The translations under genes and the position numbers were made by a program. From contig CAVXBA010000001.1 of NCBI GenBank assembly GCA_963759885.1, forward strand, positions 268,323 through 332,322: a stretch of 64,000 bases of DNA. The letters are read 5' to 3'. Shown piece after piece: positions 39,720 through 50,060 of the stretch. Source of the DNA: an uncultured Actinomycetota bacterium (GTDB taxonomy: Bacteria > Actinomycetota > Actinomycetes > Propionibacteriales > Nocardioidaceae). The notes under the pieces are model-generated. The model saw nothing but the letters and a program-made list of their open reading frames with translations. It was not told the DNA's origin and ran no database searches. The first letter of the stretch is position 1. The number at the start of each line of letters is the position of its first letter.

Positions 39720-39989
39720 ATGACCGAGCTCAGCACGTTCGCCGGAGCGAGCGCGGTCGCCTCGTGCACGCTGGAAGCGGCTCATCGTCGCGACCACGAC
39801 CACACGGGCTCCGACCTGCGGTGCCACCCGCACACCGTCGAGGTGGTCCATCTCGGTGACCACGCAGCCATGGTCTGCCACGACTGCGGCACCGACTCGG
39901 GATTCATCCAGTACCGCGACGCCTGGCTGCTCGCCTGCGACCACCGGCGTGACACCGCCGCGGCCCCGCTGACCCCCCACGCTGCCTGA
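39720..39989 (+). CDS. Small Cys/His-rich protein (paralogue of 60157..60459)
   Basis: Track ORF, 89 aa, with a GGAGG RBS 7 nt upstream and strong G/C preference at third positions. The core [47 protein letters not shown] is shared with the second copy. Confidence 0.7.
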   Translation: MTELSTFAGASAVASCTLEAAHRRDHDHTGSDLRCHPHTVEVVHLGDHAAMVCHDCGTDSGFIQYRDAWLLACDHRRDTAAAPLTPHAA

Positions 39990-40123
39990 CCTCTGCCTCG
40001 CTCCTCCCGCCCAGCAACTGCGCGACGGAGCCCCACACCGCCGTGTCCGACGTCACGCCCGAATTCTCACCGATGTCGCCCTGCCGACATGACCGCGAAA
40101 CTTTGGTTCGACACTCTGGACCT

Positions 40124-40552
40124 ATGACCAGTACGCAGACCCGACGGATCGCCCTGGTGGCGCACGACAACAAGAAGGTCGACCTGCTCCAGTGGGCGGA
40201 GTTCAACCTCCCCACGCTGCGCCAGCACGAGCTGTTCGCGACCGGCACGACCGGCACGCTCCTCCAGCACGAGCTGGGACTGGAGGTCCACCGGTTCCTC
40301 AGCGGTCCGGTCGGCGGCGACCAGCAGATCGGCGCGAAGATCGCCGAGGGTGACATCGACATGCTCTTCTTCTTCTGGGACCCGCTGGAGCCTCAGCCGC
40401 ACGACCCGGACGTCAAGGCCCTGCTGCGGATCGCGGCCGTGTGGAACGTCCCCGTGGCCTGCAACCTCGCCAGCGCCGACCTGATCATCTCGTCTCCGCT
40501 GTTCAGCGACGGCTACCAGCACATACGGCCCGAGCTGGCCGTCGCCGTCTGA
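40124..40552 (+). CDS. mgsA: Methylglyoxal synthase
   Basis: ATG 40124 lies inside track ORF 40043..40552. [80 protein letters not shown] matches MgsA along its whole length. Confidence 0.93.
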   Translation: MTSTQTRRIALVAHDNKKVDLLQWAEFNLPTLRQHELFATGTTGTLLQHELGLEVHRFLSGPVGGDQQIGAKIAEGDIDMLFFFWDPLEPQPHDPDVKALLRIAAVWNVPVACNLASADLIISSPLFSDGYQHIRPELAVAV

Positions 40553-40771
40553 TCGTGTCGTCCGGAGCACAGGAAACCACCTGACGAGGACCAAGGGACC
40601 TGTGGTGCTCATGGGGCGGGACTGCTCGAACGCGTCCGGTTTGCGAGGTGCGAGGGCTCCACGACTCTGGTAGGAAAGAGGACTTCGGGCCGGCTTCCGC
40701 CGCCCTGCGCACCACCTTCGGTCGGTCTTCGCGCCACCGGAGCACATCCCCTTCGCCCCAAGGAGATCTCT

Positions 40772-42697
40772 ATGCAGCGGAAGTCTTTCGCGCTTGCAAC
40801 ATCCCTTGCCGTGGCCGTGACCGCCTTCTCGGTCTCAGGTATCCCGGCACAGGCTCAGTCCCCGCAACCCACCTCCGCAGCCGACAAGGCCGCGACGGGT
40901 CAGGCCACCGCCGACGGACCTATCGCGCTCAGCGGTGCCGCCGCTGCGGCGTACCGCCTTCCCGACGACCTCGAGCGCGTCTGGAGCGCGACCTACCCGG
41001 ACGGGACCACGCAGACGCGCTACCAGCAGGTCGTAGCCGGAGCCGACGTGTTCAACGGTGAAGTGACCGTCCTGCGCGACCAGGCCGGCGCCGTGACCAG
41101 CGTGATCGGAGCGCACTACAGCGGTCTTCGACCGGCCAACTCGGTCAAGCTGACCCGGGCCGACGTGCGCGCCAAGGCCGCCCGGATCCTCGGCGACAAG
41201 GGCACCAGGTCCGCGTCCTTGCGCCTCGACCCGCGCGACGGTCGGCTGTTCTACGAGGTCGAGACGCAACGCTTCGCCCACCGCTGGGTGCAGTGGATGG
41301 ACGCCGCCACCGGCAAGGTCGACCGCACGTACGACGCGATCGCTGAAGGCGACGGCGTCGGGGTCAAGGGAGACCAGAAGACGATCGACACGACGCAGGC
41401 CAACGGCATGTGGCAGCTGATCACCGCCGACGGCAGGCAGAAGACGTACGACGCCAAGAACGGCACCACGCTGCCTGGTGATCTGATGACCGACGCCGAC
41501 AACCACTGGGACCTCGCCGTTCCGGGCAACCCGAGCCCGAGCCAACCGCCGGGTGTCGACGCGCACTACTACGCCAACGTCATCGACGACTTCTACGGCG
41601 CCATCTTCAGCCGCAACAGCATCGACGACGCCGGTATGCCGATCATCTCGACGGTGCACTACGACGCCGGCTACTGCAACGCCTTCTGGAACGGCGAGCA
41701 GATGACCTACGGCGATGGTGACGGAGCGGCCTGCAAGGCGCTCTCGGGCGGCCTCGACGTGGTGGGCCACGAGCTCACGCACGGCGTCACCGAGTTCACC
41801 TCCGGGCTCATCTACGAAGGCGAGTCCGGAGCGCTCAACGAGTCCTTCAGCGACATGATGGGCAACACGGCGGAGTTCTTCGCCGACAGCCGTGGTCTCG
41901 ACCCTGCCGCGCAGCCGGACTGGCTGATCGGTGAGGACGTCATCCCGGCCGGGGTGTACGGCGGCACGACCGCCGGCTTCCGCAACATGGGTGACCCCCG
42001 TGACGACGGCGACCCGGACCACTACTCCGAGAAGTACACCGGCACCTCGGACAACGGCGGAGTCCACACCAACAGCGGTATCCCCAACCACGCCTACTAC
42101 CTGGCCGTCAACGGTGGCCAGAATGCCGGCTGCGACACCACCGGCTCCGGTGGCCACACGCACACCGCCGACTGCGGGGTCACCGTTCCGGCGGTCGGAC
42201 TGGCCAAGGCTGAGCAGATCTTCTACAAGGGCTTCACGAGCATGTCGGAGTTCGCGAACTTCTGCGACGCTCGCTCGGCCACCCTCGCGGTTGCCGGCAA
42301 GAACAAGAAGGCGATCGACAAGGCGTGGGCCGCTGTCGGCGTCAAGACCGGCTGCACCCCTGGTGTCCCGCCGCCGCCGCCGTGCACGAGCGACCCGAAC
42401 GCGCAGATCCCGTTCGAGTCACCGCACCCGTACGGCAACAACGGCGACTGCACCTGGACCTACAACAACGGCACGAGCGGGTTCGCGTTCCACTTCGACC
42501 AGCTCGAGACCGAGGCGGGCTACGACTACGTCGTGATCTATGACGGCAACGGCACCGAGCTCGCTCGGTACGACGGGCCGCACCCCCTGGGCCAGACCAC
42601 GCCGTGCATCACGACGGCGGTCGGCAAGGTCCGCCTGATCAGCGACCCGGGCGTCACCGACCAGGGGTTCCACGTGGACTCGGTCTCACCCTGCTGA
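40772..42697 (+). CDS. Secreted M4 (thermolysin-like) metalloprotease with C-terminal CUB-like domain
   Basis: Track ORF, 641 aa, with an AAGGAG RBS and signal peptide MQRKSFALATSLAVAVTAFSVSGIPAQA. M4 motifs: VVGHELTHGV (HExxH) and GALNESFSDMMG (Glu ligand). The C-terminal ~104 aa show a CUB-like pattern. Confidence 0.9.
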   Translation: MQRKSFALATSLAVAVTAFSVSGIPAQAQSPQPTSAADKAATGQATADGPIALSGAAAAAYRLPDDLERVWSATYPDGTTQTRYQQVVAGADVFNGEVTVLRDQAGAVTSVIGAHYSGLRPANSVKLTRADVRAKAARILGDKGTRSASLRLDPRDGRLFYEVETQRFAHRWVQWMDAATGKVDRTYDAIAEGDGVGVKGDQKTIDTTQANGMWQLITADGRQKTYDAKNGTTLPGDLMTDADNHWDLAVPGNPSPSQPPGVDAHYYANVIDDFYGAIFSRNSIDDAGMPIISTVHYDAGYCNAFWNGEQMTYGDGDGAACKALSGGLDVVGHELTHGVTEFTSGLIYEGESGALNESFSDMMGNTAEFFADSRGLDPAAQPDWLIGEDVIPAGVYGGTTAGFRNMGDPRDDGDPDHYSEKYTGTSDNGGVHTNSGIPNHAYYLAVNGGQNAGCDTTGSGGHTHTADCGVTVPAVGLAKAEQIFYKGFTSMSEFANFCDARSATLAVAGKNKKAIDKAWAAVGVKTGCTPGVPPPPPCTSDPNAQIPFESPHPYGNNGDCTWTYNNGTSGFAFHFDQLETEAGYDYVVIYDGNGTELARYDGPHPLGQTTPCITTAVGKVRLISDPGVTDQGFHVDSVSPC

Positions 42698-42725
42698 CCA
42701 GGGCGCATCACCAAGCCCGTTGATC

Positions 42726-42767
42726 CGACGATGGCTCCCCTCAGGACTCTCGGGGGAGCCATCGTCG
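42726..42767. terminator. Bidirectional hairpin between the convergent M4 protease and SnoaL-like genes
   Basis: CGACGATGGCTCCCC-tcaggactctcg-GGGGAGCCATCGTCG, a perfect 15-bp stem. Confidence 0.6.
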
Positions 42768-42820
42768 CGTCCGGGCCGTGGCCCCGGCCAGCGGCAGCCG
42801 CCGGCCGAGCCCGCGCGGTG

Positions 42821-43237
42821 TCAGCCCGGCGCGTCGATGTGGCCAAGCTGACCGAGCATCGTCATCTGGTCGTACATGATCGCCCCCGCCGTGACCTTGC
42901 CCTCGTCGTCGAAGTGGAGCAGCTCCCAGAAGGGGTTGTCCATCCGGCGGTTGCTGGCCGAGAACGGCCCGATCGGGCCGTCGTTGTTCCCCACGCCCTG
43001 GAACGTGGCCAGGGAGAAGTCAGGCCCGTCGTGATAGCTGACCCGGCTGACCTCGGCGTCGGAGAACGACTGCTCCCATCCGCGCAGCCAGTCCTTGAAC
43101 TCGTCGACGTTCTTCGTGGTCATCCCTCGCGGGACGTCCTCATACGTCACGTCTGCCCGCATGTGCGGGTCCATGGCGTCCCAGTCGCGCGTGTTGAAAA
43201 AGTTGTGCAACGCCTTGTGCGTCTCTGCGTGTCCCAT
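42821..43237 (-). CDS. SnoaL-like / ester cyclase (NTF2-fold) protein
   Basis: Track ORF, 138 aa. HKALHNFFNTRDWDAMDPHMRADVTYED...GKVTAGAIMYDQMTMLGQLG is the typical ester-cyclase pattern. Confidence 0.7.
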   Translation of the reverse strand: MGHAETHKALHNFFNTRDWDAMDPHMRADVTYEDVPRGMTTKNVDEFKDWLRGWEQSFSDAEVSRVSYHDGPDFSLATFQGVGNNDGPIGPFSASNRRMDNPFWELLHFDDEGKVTAGAIMYDQMTMLGQLGHIDAPG

Positions 43238-43381
43238 CCGGCACCTCCATCGCCAACCCCCGTCAGTGCGGAGTGAACTCGTCCCCCCGGCGCATGTCCA
43301 CAGCGTTGTGCTGAATCTCCGCTAAGAACCTCGACGAGCCGTCGCGGCTCACCCGCTTCGTGGTGGTCGCGGTGGTGCGTC

Positions 43382-44809
43382 TCAGAGTCGCGGCTGCTGC
43401 TCAGCCCAGGGACTCAGGCGCTCGTGCGCCGCAGCCACGGCGAGCACCGTGGCGTCGGACCAGCGCGGCCCCATCACCTGCATCCCCAACGGCAGGCCGT
43501 CCCCGTCGAAGCCGGTCGGCACGCCGGTGCTCGGCAGCCCGGCCAGGTTGGCCGGCAGCGCGAGCATGCACCAGTCGTCGAAGAACGGATCGACCGGTAC
43601 GCCGTCGATCGCCTCCGGTCCCGCGACGTCCACACCGAAGGCCGGCAGCGGCATCGACGGCGTGAGCAGCACGTCGAAGTCGGTGAAGAACTCGGCCCAG
43701 ACCTGGGTGTACGCCGTTCGACGTGACTGCGCGTCCAGGTAGTCGGCGGCGGACACGTTGCGTCCGGACTCCACGATCTCGCGGGTCCCCTCGGCCAACC
43801 GGTCGCCCCACTCGGCGAGGAGCGGGCCCTCGGAGGCGAAACCCTCGGGCAGCGCGATGTCGTTCCACAGCGGTGTCGGGTAAGGAGTCTGCGGCATTGC
43901 CTCCACGACCTGGGCTCCGTCGTCGGCGAGGCGGTCCACGGCTCGGCGGAAGGCGGTCCGGACCACCGGCTCGACGGGTGCCCAACCCAGGTCCTCGGAC
44001 ACCGCGATCCGCAGCGTCGACCAGTCGATCGACCGGGTGACCGCGGCCAGCAGGTCGTCGTCCGGCGCCGGCCAGGTCAGGTCGTCCTCGGCAGCCGGAC
44101 CGGACATCACCGACAGGGCCAGCGCGGCGTCGCGCACGGTGCGGGTCAGGGGGCCGTCGACCGACAGCGTCGGCCAGCCGCGGAAGCCGGGCAGCTTCGG
44201 CACGCGACCAAAGGTCGGCTTGTGACCCACCAGGCCGCAGAACGCCGCCGGGATCCGGATCGAGCCGCCGCCGTCGGTGCCGAGGGCGATCGGGGTCGCA
44301 CCGTAGGCGACCGAAGCACCCGCTCCGCCACTCGATCCGCCAGGCGTGCGGTCCAGCGCCCACGGGTTGCGGGTCAGGCCCCACACGTCGTTGTCGGTGT
44401 AGCCGCGGTAGCAGAACTCTGGGTTGTTCGTCTTGCCCACGACGATCGCTCCGGCCGCCTTCAGCCGCGCCACGCAGACCGCGTCCTGGTCGGGAACGAA
44501 GTCCCGTAAGGCACGTGACCCGTTGGTCGCCGGGCTGCCGGCGAGCCAGATGTGGTCCTTCACGGAGACCGGTACGCCGAGCAGCGAGGGCAGGCCGCCA
44601 CCGCCCCCAGCTGGGCGCCCGCGGACCGCGTCGTCGGCAGCGCGGGCCGCCTCCCGTGCCTCGTCAGCCAGCACGACGGTGAAGGCGTTGACCTGGGGCT
44701 CGCAGGCGGCGATCCGCTCGAGCGCGATCGCGACGAGCTCGCCGGGGGTGGTCTGTCCCCGGCGTACCGCCTCCGCCATGCCCCAGGCGTCGTCCGTGTC
44801 TGCCCTCAC
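43382..44809 (-). CDS. Amidase (amidase-signature family)
   Basis: Track ORF, 475 aa, carrying the amidase signature GYTDNDVWGLTRNPWALDRTPGGSSGGAGASVA and the K..S..S catalytic context. Confidence 0.9.
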   Translation of the reverse strand: MRADTDDAWGMAEAVRRGQTTPGELVAIALERIAACEPQVNAFTVVLADEAREAARAADDAVRGRPAGGGGGLPSLLGVPVSVKDHIWLAGSPATNGSRALRDFVPDQDAVCVARLKAAGAIVVGKTNNPEFCYRGYTDNDVWGLTRNPWALDRTPGGSSGGAGASVAYGATPIALGTDGGGSIRIPAAFCGLVGHKPTFGRVPKLPGFRGWPTLSVDGPLTRTVRDAALALSVMSGPAAEDDLTWPAPDDDLLAAVTRSIDWSTLRIAVSEDLGWAPVEPVVRTAFRRAVDRLADDGAQVVEAMPQTPYPTPLWNDIALPEGFASEGPLLAEWGDRLAEGTREIVESGRNVSAADYLDAQSRRTAYTQVWAEFFTDFDVLLTPSMPLPAFGVDVAGPEAIDGVPVDPFFDDWCMLALPANLAGLPSTGVPTGFDGDGLPLGMQVMGPRWSDATVLAVAAAHERLSPWAEQQPRL

Positions 44810-44813
44810 CGCA

Positions 44814-46281
44814 TCAGACCACCTCGGGCCGGGCGTGCCGCGCGGCCTCTTGTTCGAGCACGGCCTGCTCGCGCTCGGCGACCTCGCTCTCGGCCTCGAG
44901 GTCGACGTTGCGACTCATCACGTAGTACAGGATCCCGGAGATCGGCAGACCGATGAACAGCGAGAAGTCCGCGCCGTCGACCGCGTCCGCGACCGGGCCT
45001 GAGTACAGCCCGGTGCTGAAGAACGGCACCATCGCCGCGAAGCCGACCAGGTACGAGATGATCCCGTTCCACCCCCAGCGACCGTAGATGCCGGTCGGGT
45101 TGAAGATCTCCGCGATCGCGTAGCGGCCCTTGCGGACGATGAAGTAGTCGACCAGGTTGACCGCGGTCCACGGGATGAACAGGTAGAGGACGAGCAGCAG
45201 GAAGTCCTCGAAGTTCGACAGGAACGACTCGGTGCTCAGCAGCGCCAGCACCAGGGAGATCGCGGCCGTCACGCCGATCGTCACGATCCGCACGGCCAGC
45301 GTGGGCTGCACGCGCTTGAACGAGTCCGACGCGCTGATCAGGGTGAGCGAGCCGCCGTACAGGTTCAGCGCAGTCACCGAGATCAGGCCGAGCGCGGAGA
45401 AGACCAGGATGATGTCGCCGAAGCCGGTGAACACCTGGTCGCCGGACTCCCGGAGCGAGCCGATGGTGTCGAAGTTCGCGCCGGCCCAGGCCGCGAGCGC
45501 CGAGCCGAGGCACATGATCCACACCGCACCGAGTCCGGAGCCGCCGTACGTCCACCAGAACGTCTTTTTCACGGTCACGTCGGGCGGCAGGTAGCGGGAG
45601 TAGTCCGAGACGTAGATCGCCCAGCTGATCTGGTAGCCCGCGACCACCGAGAACTGCAGCAGGAACGGCGCCAGGTCGAAGTTGCTCGAGGTCGAACGAG
45701 CCACCCGGGTAGTCGAGGGTGAGCACGACGATCGTCAGGATGCCGAACAGCACCAGGAAGCCGTACGTCAGCCCCTGCTCCATCTTGTGGATGAAGTCGT
45801 AGCCGACCAGCGCAGCCAGGACCGCGAGCACCATCGACACGACCACCCAGAACTTCACCGGTCCGGCGGTGGCGGTGTGCACCGCGTCGCCGGACAGGAT
45901 CGTGTTGAAGATGTTGAAGCCGGCGTACTGGATGTAGGCGAACGCCCAGACCAGGATCGCGCCGACGTACCCGAACTGCGGCCGCGACTGGATCATCTGA
46001 GGCAAACCGAGCTGGGGCCCCTGCGCTGAGTGCGCCGCCATGAAGAACGTGCCGGTGAAGACGCCGAGCACGATCGCGATCAGGGACCAGACGAGGTTGC
46101 CGCCGGTCGTGACCCCGAGGACTCCGACGGCCAGGGTGGCGATCTGGGCGTTGCTCATGAACCACAGCGGCCCGAGGTGCCACAGCTCGCCGTGCCGCTC
46201 GGTGAGGGGGACGTAGTCGATCGAGCGGACCTCCAGGCGGCTACTCCTGGTCGATGTGGGCTCGGTGTTGGTGCTCATCAC
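44814..46281 (-). pseudogene. NCS1-family (purine-cytosine/allantoin-type) permease, +1 insertion near 45684-45692
   Basis: The N-terminal half comes from track ORF 44806..46281 (..ERHGELWHLGPLWFMSNAQIATLAVG..QSRPQFGYVG..). The C-terminal half comes from ORF 44814..45704 (..LQFSVVAGYQISWAIYVSDYSRYLP..VNLVDYFIVRKGRY..). Confidence 0.85.
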
Positions 46282-46318
46282 TGGACTCTCTCCGTCTGGT
46301 GCGCGACGGACTGCTGGG

Positions 46319-47273
46319 TCAGTCGGCGCGCGCGATCACCGACAGCAGTTCATACCCGACATGTGCCGCGGCAATCCCGGTGACCTCCGCATGGTCGTAC
46401 GCCGGTGCGACCTCGACGATGTCGGCGCCGACGATGTCGCGACCCCCCAGGCCGCGCAGCGTGGCCAGCAGCTCCCGGCTGGTGAGGCCACCCGCCTCCG
46501 GTGTGCCGGTGCCGGGCGCCATGCCGGGGTCGATCACGTCGATGTCGACCGAGACGTAGACCGGGCCGTCACCAAGCCGGTCCCGCATCGCGTCGATGAC
46601 GCCGTCGAGGCCGAGCCGGTCGTAGTCGGTGCAGCTGATCGTGGCGTAACCGAGCCGGGTCGACTCCGCCAGGTCGGTGTCGGCGTACAGCGGGCCGCGG
46701 ATGCCGACGTGCAGCGACCGGTTCGCGTCGATCAGCCCTTCCTCGCTGGCCCGTCGGAAGGGCGTCCCGTGCGTGTACGGCTCGCCGAAGTAGGTGTCCC
46801 AGGTGTCGAGGTGGGCGTCGAAGTGCAGCACGGCGACCGGCCCGTGCCGGCGGTGCACGCGTCCGCAGCAGCGGGAGCGCGATGGTGTGGTCACCGCCCA
46901 GGGTGAGCAAGCGGCTCGCGTGCTCGAGGGTGGCCTCGGCACCGGCCTCGATCTGCTCGATGGCCTCGGCGATGTTGAACGGGTTGGCCGCGATGTCGCC
47001 GGCGTCGGCCACCTGCTGCGCCGCGAACGGCGAGACGTCCTGGGCCGGGTTGTAGGGGCGCAACAGCCGCGACGACTGGCGGATGTGGCTGGGCCCGAAG
47101 CGAGCGCCCGGCCGGTAGCTGACCCCGGAGTCGAACGGCACTCCGACGACGGCAATGTCGGCATGCCCGACCTGGTCAAGGCGCGGCAGCCGGGCGAAGG
47201 TCGGTGGTCCGGCGTACCGCGGGACCACCGTCGCGTCGACGGGCCCGATCGGCTCCTGCTGGTCCGCGACCAT
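46319..47273 (-). pseudogene. Agmatinase/ureohydrolase-family enzyme (agmatinase or guanidino-acid hydrolase), +1 insertion near 46855-46865
   Basis: ATG 47273 gives [64 protein letters not shown]. It continues in the next frame: [51 protein letters not shown]. These are the arginase-fold Mn-binding motifs. Confidence 0.88.
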
Positions 47274-47438
47274 GGACTGCCCACCTCCAAACCAGCCCGA
47301 AACTACCACCGGCGAGCCAGGTCCGCCGAGCCAGCACATGCGTGGTTCGCACTCCCAGCGCATGACCCGGTTGGGCCATGTCGCCGACCCGCTTGGCGGC
47401 CCCACACTGAGGGTCTCGGGATCGGACAGGAGGACGGC

Positions 47439-49037
47439 ATGGCGGAGCAGACTCGACTCGAGGACATGAGTGACGACGCACGTCTCTCGAGCTTGGGCTA
47501 CCGGCCGCAGCTCAACCGGGTGCTGGGACCGTTCGCGAACTTCTCGGTCGCCTTCACCTATCTCTCGCCGATGGTGGGCATCTACTCGCTGTTCGCGCTG
47601 GGAGTGGCGGCGGGCGGTCCGGCGTACGTCTGGCTGACCTGGCTGCCGGTGATCGGGATGTTGTTCGTGGCGCTGGTGTTCGGAGAACTGGCCAGTCACT
47701 ACCCGGTCGCAGGAGCGCTCTACCAGTACAGCAAGTTCTCGGTCGGCCCTTCGTACGGCTGGTTCGTCGGCTGGTTCTACGGCATCGCGCTGCTCATCAC
47801 CGTCGCCGCCGTCGACACCGGCGTCGTCGGATACGTCACCGCCCTGACGCACAACTGGTTCGGCTGGAACCTCGATCCGACGAGCCACGGCACGATCCTG
47901 CTCATCACGGTGATCCTGGTGGTGATCCAAACGACCCTCAACATCACCGGAGCCCAGGTGATGGGTCGCGTCGCACAGTTCGGTGTGTACGTCGAGATCG
48001 TGGGCACACTCGGAATCGCGCTGATCCTGGCGGTCAACGGCTTCCACCACGGGCTCGGGTTCCTGTTCACCACTCAGGGCGCCCAGAACGTCGACAGCAA
48101 CGCCCTTGGCCTGGACTTCGGCGGCAACTGGCTCACCGGAGCAGCGCTGATCGCCGTGCTGGCACCGGTCTACATCTTCTACGGCTTCGAGTCCGCCGGC
48201 GACATCTCCGAGGAGACCAAGGACGCCGGTGTCAAGGTGCCGCGCTCGATGCGACAAGCCCTGGTCTGGGGCGGGATCTCGTCGTTCATCCTGGTCGCCG
48301 CGTTGTTGTTGGCGATGCCGTCGAGCAGCGATCCGGTCGGCGACACCGTGAACGGCGGCGGGGTGCCGTTCATCCTGAGCGAGCTGCCCAACGGTCTGCA
48401 GGACTTCTTGCTGCTGCTGATCATCTTCGCGTTCTTCTCCTGCGGCACCTCGGTGCAGGGCGCTGGTTCTCGGCTGGCCTTCTCCTTCGCCCGCGACGGG
48501 GCGCTGCCCGGTTCGTCGTGGATCTCACGGGTCAACCCGCGGTTCCGTACGCCGACCAACGCGCTGCTCGCCGGAGCGGTGGTCACGATGCTGTTCGTGC
48601 TGCTGGTCTTCTACTCGCCCTCGAAGGACATCGAGATCGGATTCATCACCTACCCTGCCAACATCAACGCGCTGGTGTCCCTGGTCTCGTTCGGGGTGAG
48701 CGGCATCTATCTGTCGTTCCTGCTCACCGTGATCGGCGCTCTGGTCGCCCGGTCGCGTGGCTGGGTGCCGGAGGGCAGGTTCCAGCTCGGACGCTGGGGG
48801 TGGACGGTGACCGTGATCGCGGCGGCGTACCTCAGCTTGATGCTGGTCAACGTCGTCGCCCCGACCGGCCTGACGAGCCCACGCGCCTACTTCAACCTGG
48901 ACTGGATCACCCTGCTGGTCATGTTCATCGTGGCCGTGGTCGGGGTGGTCGTGTTCCTCATCGCCCGGCCGGAACGCGAGATCGCCGAGCACGTCCATGA
49001 CGAGGCCGAACCGACCGGGGCCGAGCGCCACGGCTGA
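47439..49037 (+). CDS. APC-family amino-acid/polyamine permease
   Basis: ATG 47439 with a GGACAGGAGGA RBS, inside track ORF 46794..49037. About 12 TM segments, with [17 protein letters not shown] typical of the APC family. Confidence 0.88.
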   Translation: MAEQTRLEDMSDDARLSSLGYRPQLNRVLGPFANFSVAFTYLSPMVGIYSLFALGVAAGGPAYVWLTWLPVIGMLFVALVFGELASHYPVAGALYQYSKFSVGPSYGWFVGWFYGIALLITVAAVDTGVVGYVTALTHNWFGWNLDPTSHGTILLITVILVVIQTTLNITGAQVMGRVAQFGVYVEIVGTLGIALILAVNGFHHGLGFLFTTQGAQNVDSNALGLDFGGNWLTGAALIAVLAPVYIFYGFESAGDISEETKDAGVKVPRSMRQALVWGGISSFILVAALLLAMPSSSDPVGDTVNGGGVPFILSELPNGLQDFLLLLIIFAFFSCGTSVQGAGSRLAFSFARDGALPGSSWISRVNPRFRTPTNALLAGAVVTMLFVLLVFYSPSKDIEIGFITYPANINALVSLVSFGVSGIYLSFLLTVIGALVARSRGWVPEGRFQLGRWGWTVTVIAAAYLSLMLVNVVAPTGLTSPRAYFNLDWITLLVMFIVAVVGVVVFLIARPEREIAEHVHDEAEPTGAERHG

Positions 49038-49125
49038 CCGCCGCGAGATCCACCCGAAACCACCCGTGTCTGGCGTCGCTGCCGCTCGTCTCGGTGATCC
49101 AGCCCAGGCGGGCTAGAGTGCGACC

Positions 49126-49962
49126 ATGGTCCATTGGGAGCTCGTCCGGCGTATCCATGTGGTTCGGACGATCGCCGAATACAACCGGATCGGGCGAAAG
49201 CGCTTCCTCGCCACGCACGGTTTCGAGCCGATCCGAGGGCACGTCCTGGTCCACGAGGGCGGCAACTACGACTCCAAGGCCATCGCCGGGGTGGCCCACG
49301 GCTACGCCACCGGGACGCCGCTGCAAGACGCCGACTTCGCCGACCGTGAGGACGGTGCAGCGAAAGTGCTCCGCGACCTGGGGTTCGTGGTCAGGAGTCG
49401 CGAGCCCGACAGCACGGACACGTACACCGAAGCCGAGACTCCCGACAGTGAACCGGCTCGCGAAGCCTGGACCACTGCGGCTCGTGCGGCATTGATCGAG
49501 ACCGCCCACTCCTATGGCGCGGTCGTGAACGCCAAGGACCTGGCCGCGCTGGTGGAGCGGATGTCTCGCGTCCGGTCGACCCAGCCGCCTCACCGCTGGA
49601 TCGGGCACATCCTGGCGCGGGTCGCCTCCGATTGCGCCGCCCGCGACGAACCCCTGCTGTCCTCTCTCTGCGTCCTCGCCTCCGGCAGCGTGGGAGCGGG
49701 CTATGCCGACACCGTCCTGGCCGTACAGGGGATGTCGCCCGCAGACCCCGATCAGCACGCGGCGGACGAACGACACCGCTGCTACCAGCACTTCGGCGCC
49801 ACCCTGCCCGCTGACGGCGGGACACCCATGCTGACCACGCAGCTCAGCACGCGGCGTGCTCGGGTCATCTCCACGGCCCGCGCCGCCGTGCGGCCGGCCA
49901 CGTTGTGCCCGATCCACCACGTCGAGATGCCCGCCACCGGCGTCTGCGAAGACTGCGAGTGA
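49126..49962 (+). CDS. Hypothetical protein with a ScoMcrA-type 'head'-like N-terminal domain and a C-terminal Cys/His cluster; no nuclease motif
   Basis: Track ORF, 278 aa. IAEYNRIGRKRFLATHGFEPIRGHVLVHEGGNYDSKAIAGVAHGYATG..GAAKVLRDLGFVV resembles the N-terminal module I recall from actinobacterial McrA-like HNH enzymes. The protein ends LCPIHHVEMPATGVCEDCE. Confidence 0.55.
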   Translation: MVHWELVRRIHVVRTIAEYNRIGRKRFLATHGFEPIRGHVLVHEGGNYDSKAIAGVAHGYATGTPLQDADFADREDGAAKVLRDLGFVVRSREPDSTDTYTEAETPDSEPAREAWTTAARAALIETAHSYGAVVNAKDLAALVERMSRVRSTQPPHRWIGHILARVASDCAARDEPLLSSLCVLASGSVGAGYADTVLAVQGMSPADPDQHAADERHRCYQHFGATLPADGGTPMLTTQLSTRRARVISTARAAVRPATLCPIHHVEMPATGVCEDCE

Positions 49963-50060
49963 CCTTGCAGCCCCCGTGGCGCGCTCCGAGTTCCGGGTAA
50001 GCCGTTTGCCCTGAGGAAAAATGCGGTGCCGACGGGAGCGGCGGTGGCTACCGTGCGTCG

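Noticed and set aside
39621-39980. Minus-strand ORFs opposite the two Cys/His mini-genes (39621..39980 and 60013..60495).
   Set aside because: G/C preference at third positions and the conservation between the two loci fit the plus-strand frames. The minus-strand translations are not conserved between the copies.
46569-48257. 562-aa minus-strand ORF.
   Set aside because: It is a composite. Only residues from [10 protein letters not shown] (47273) onward are real, and they form the agmatinase N-terminus. The rest is antisense to the APC permease.
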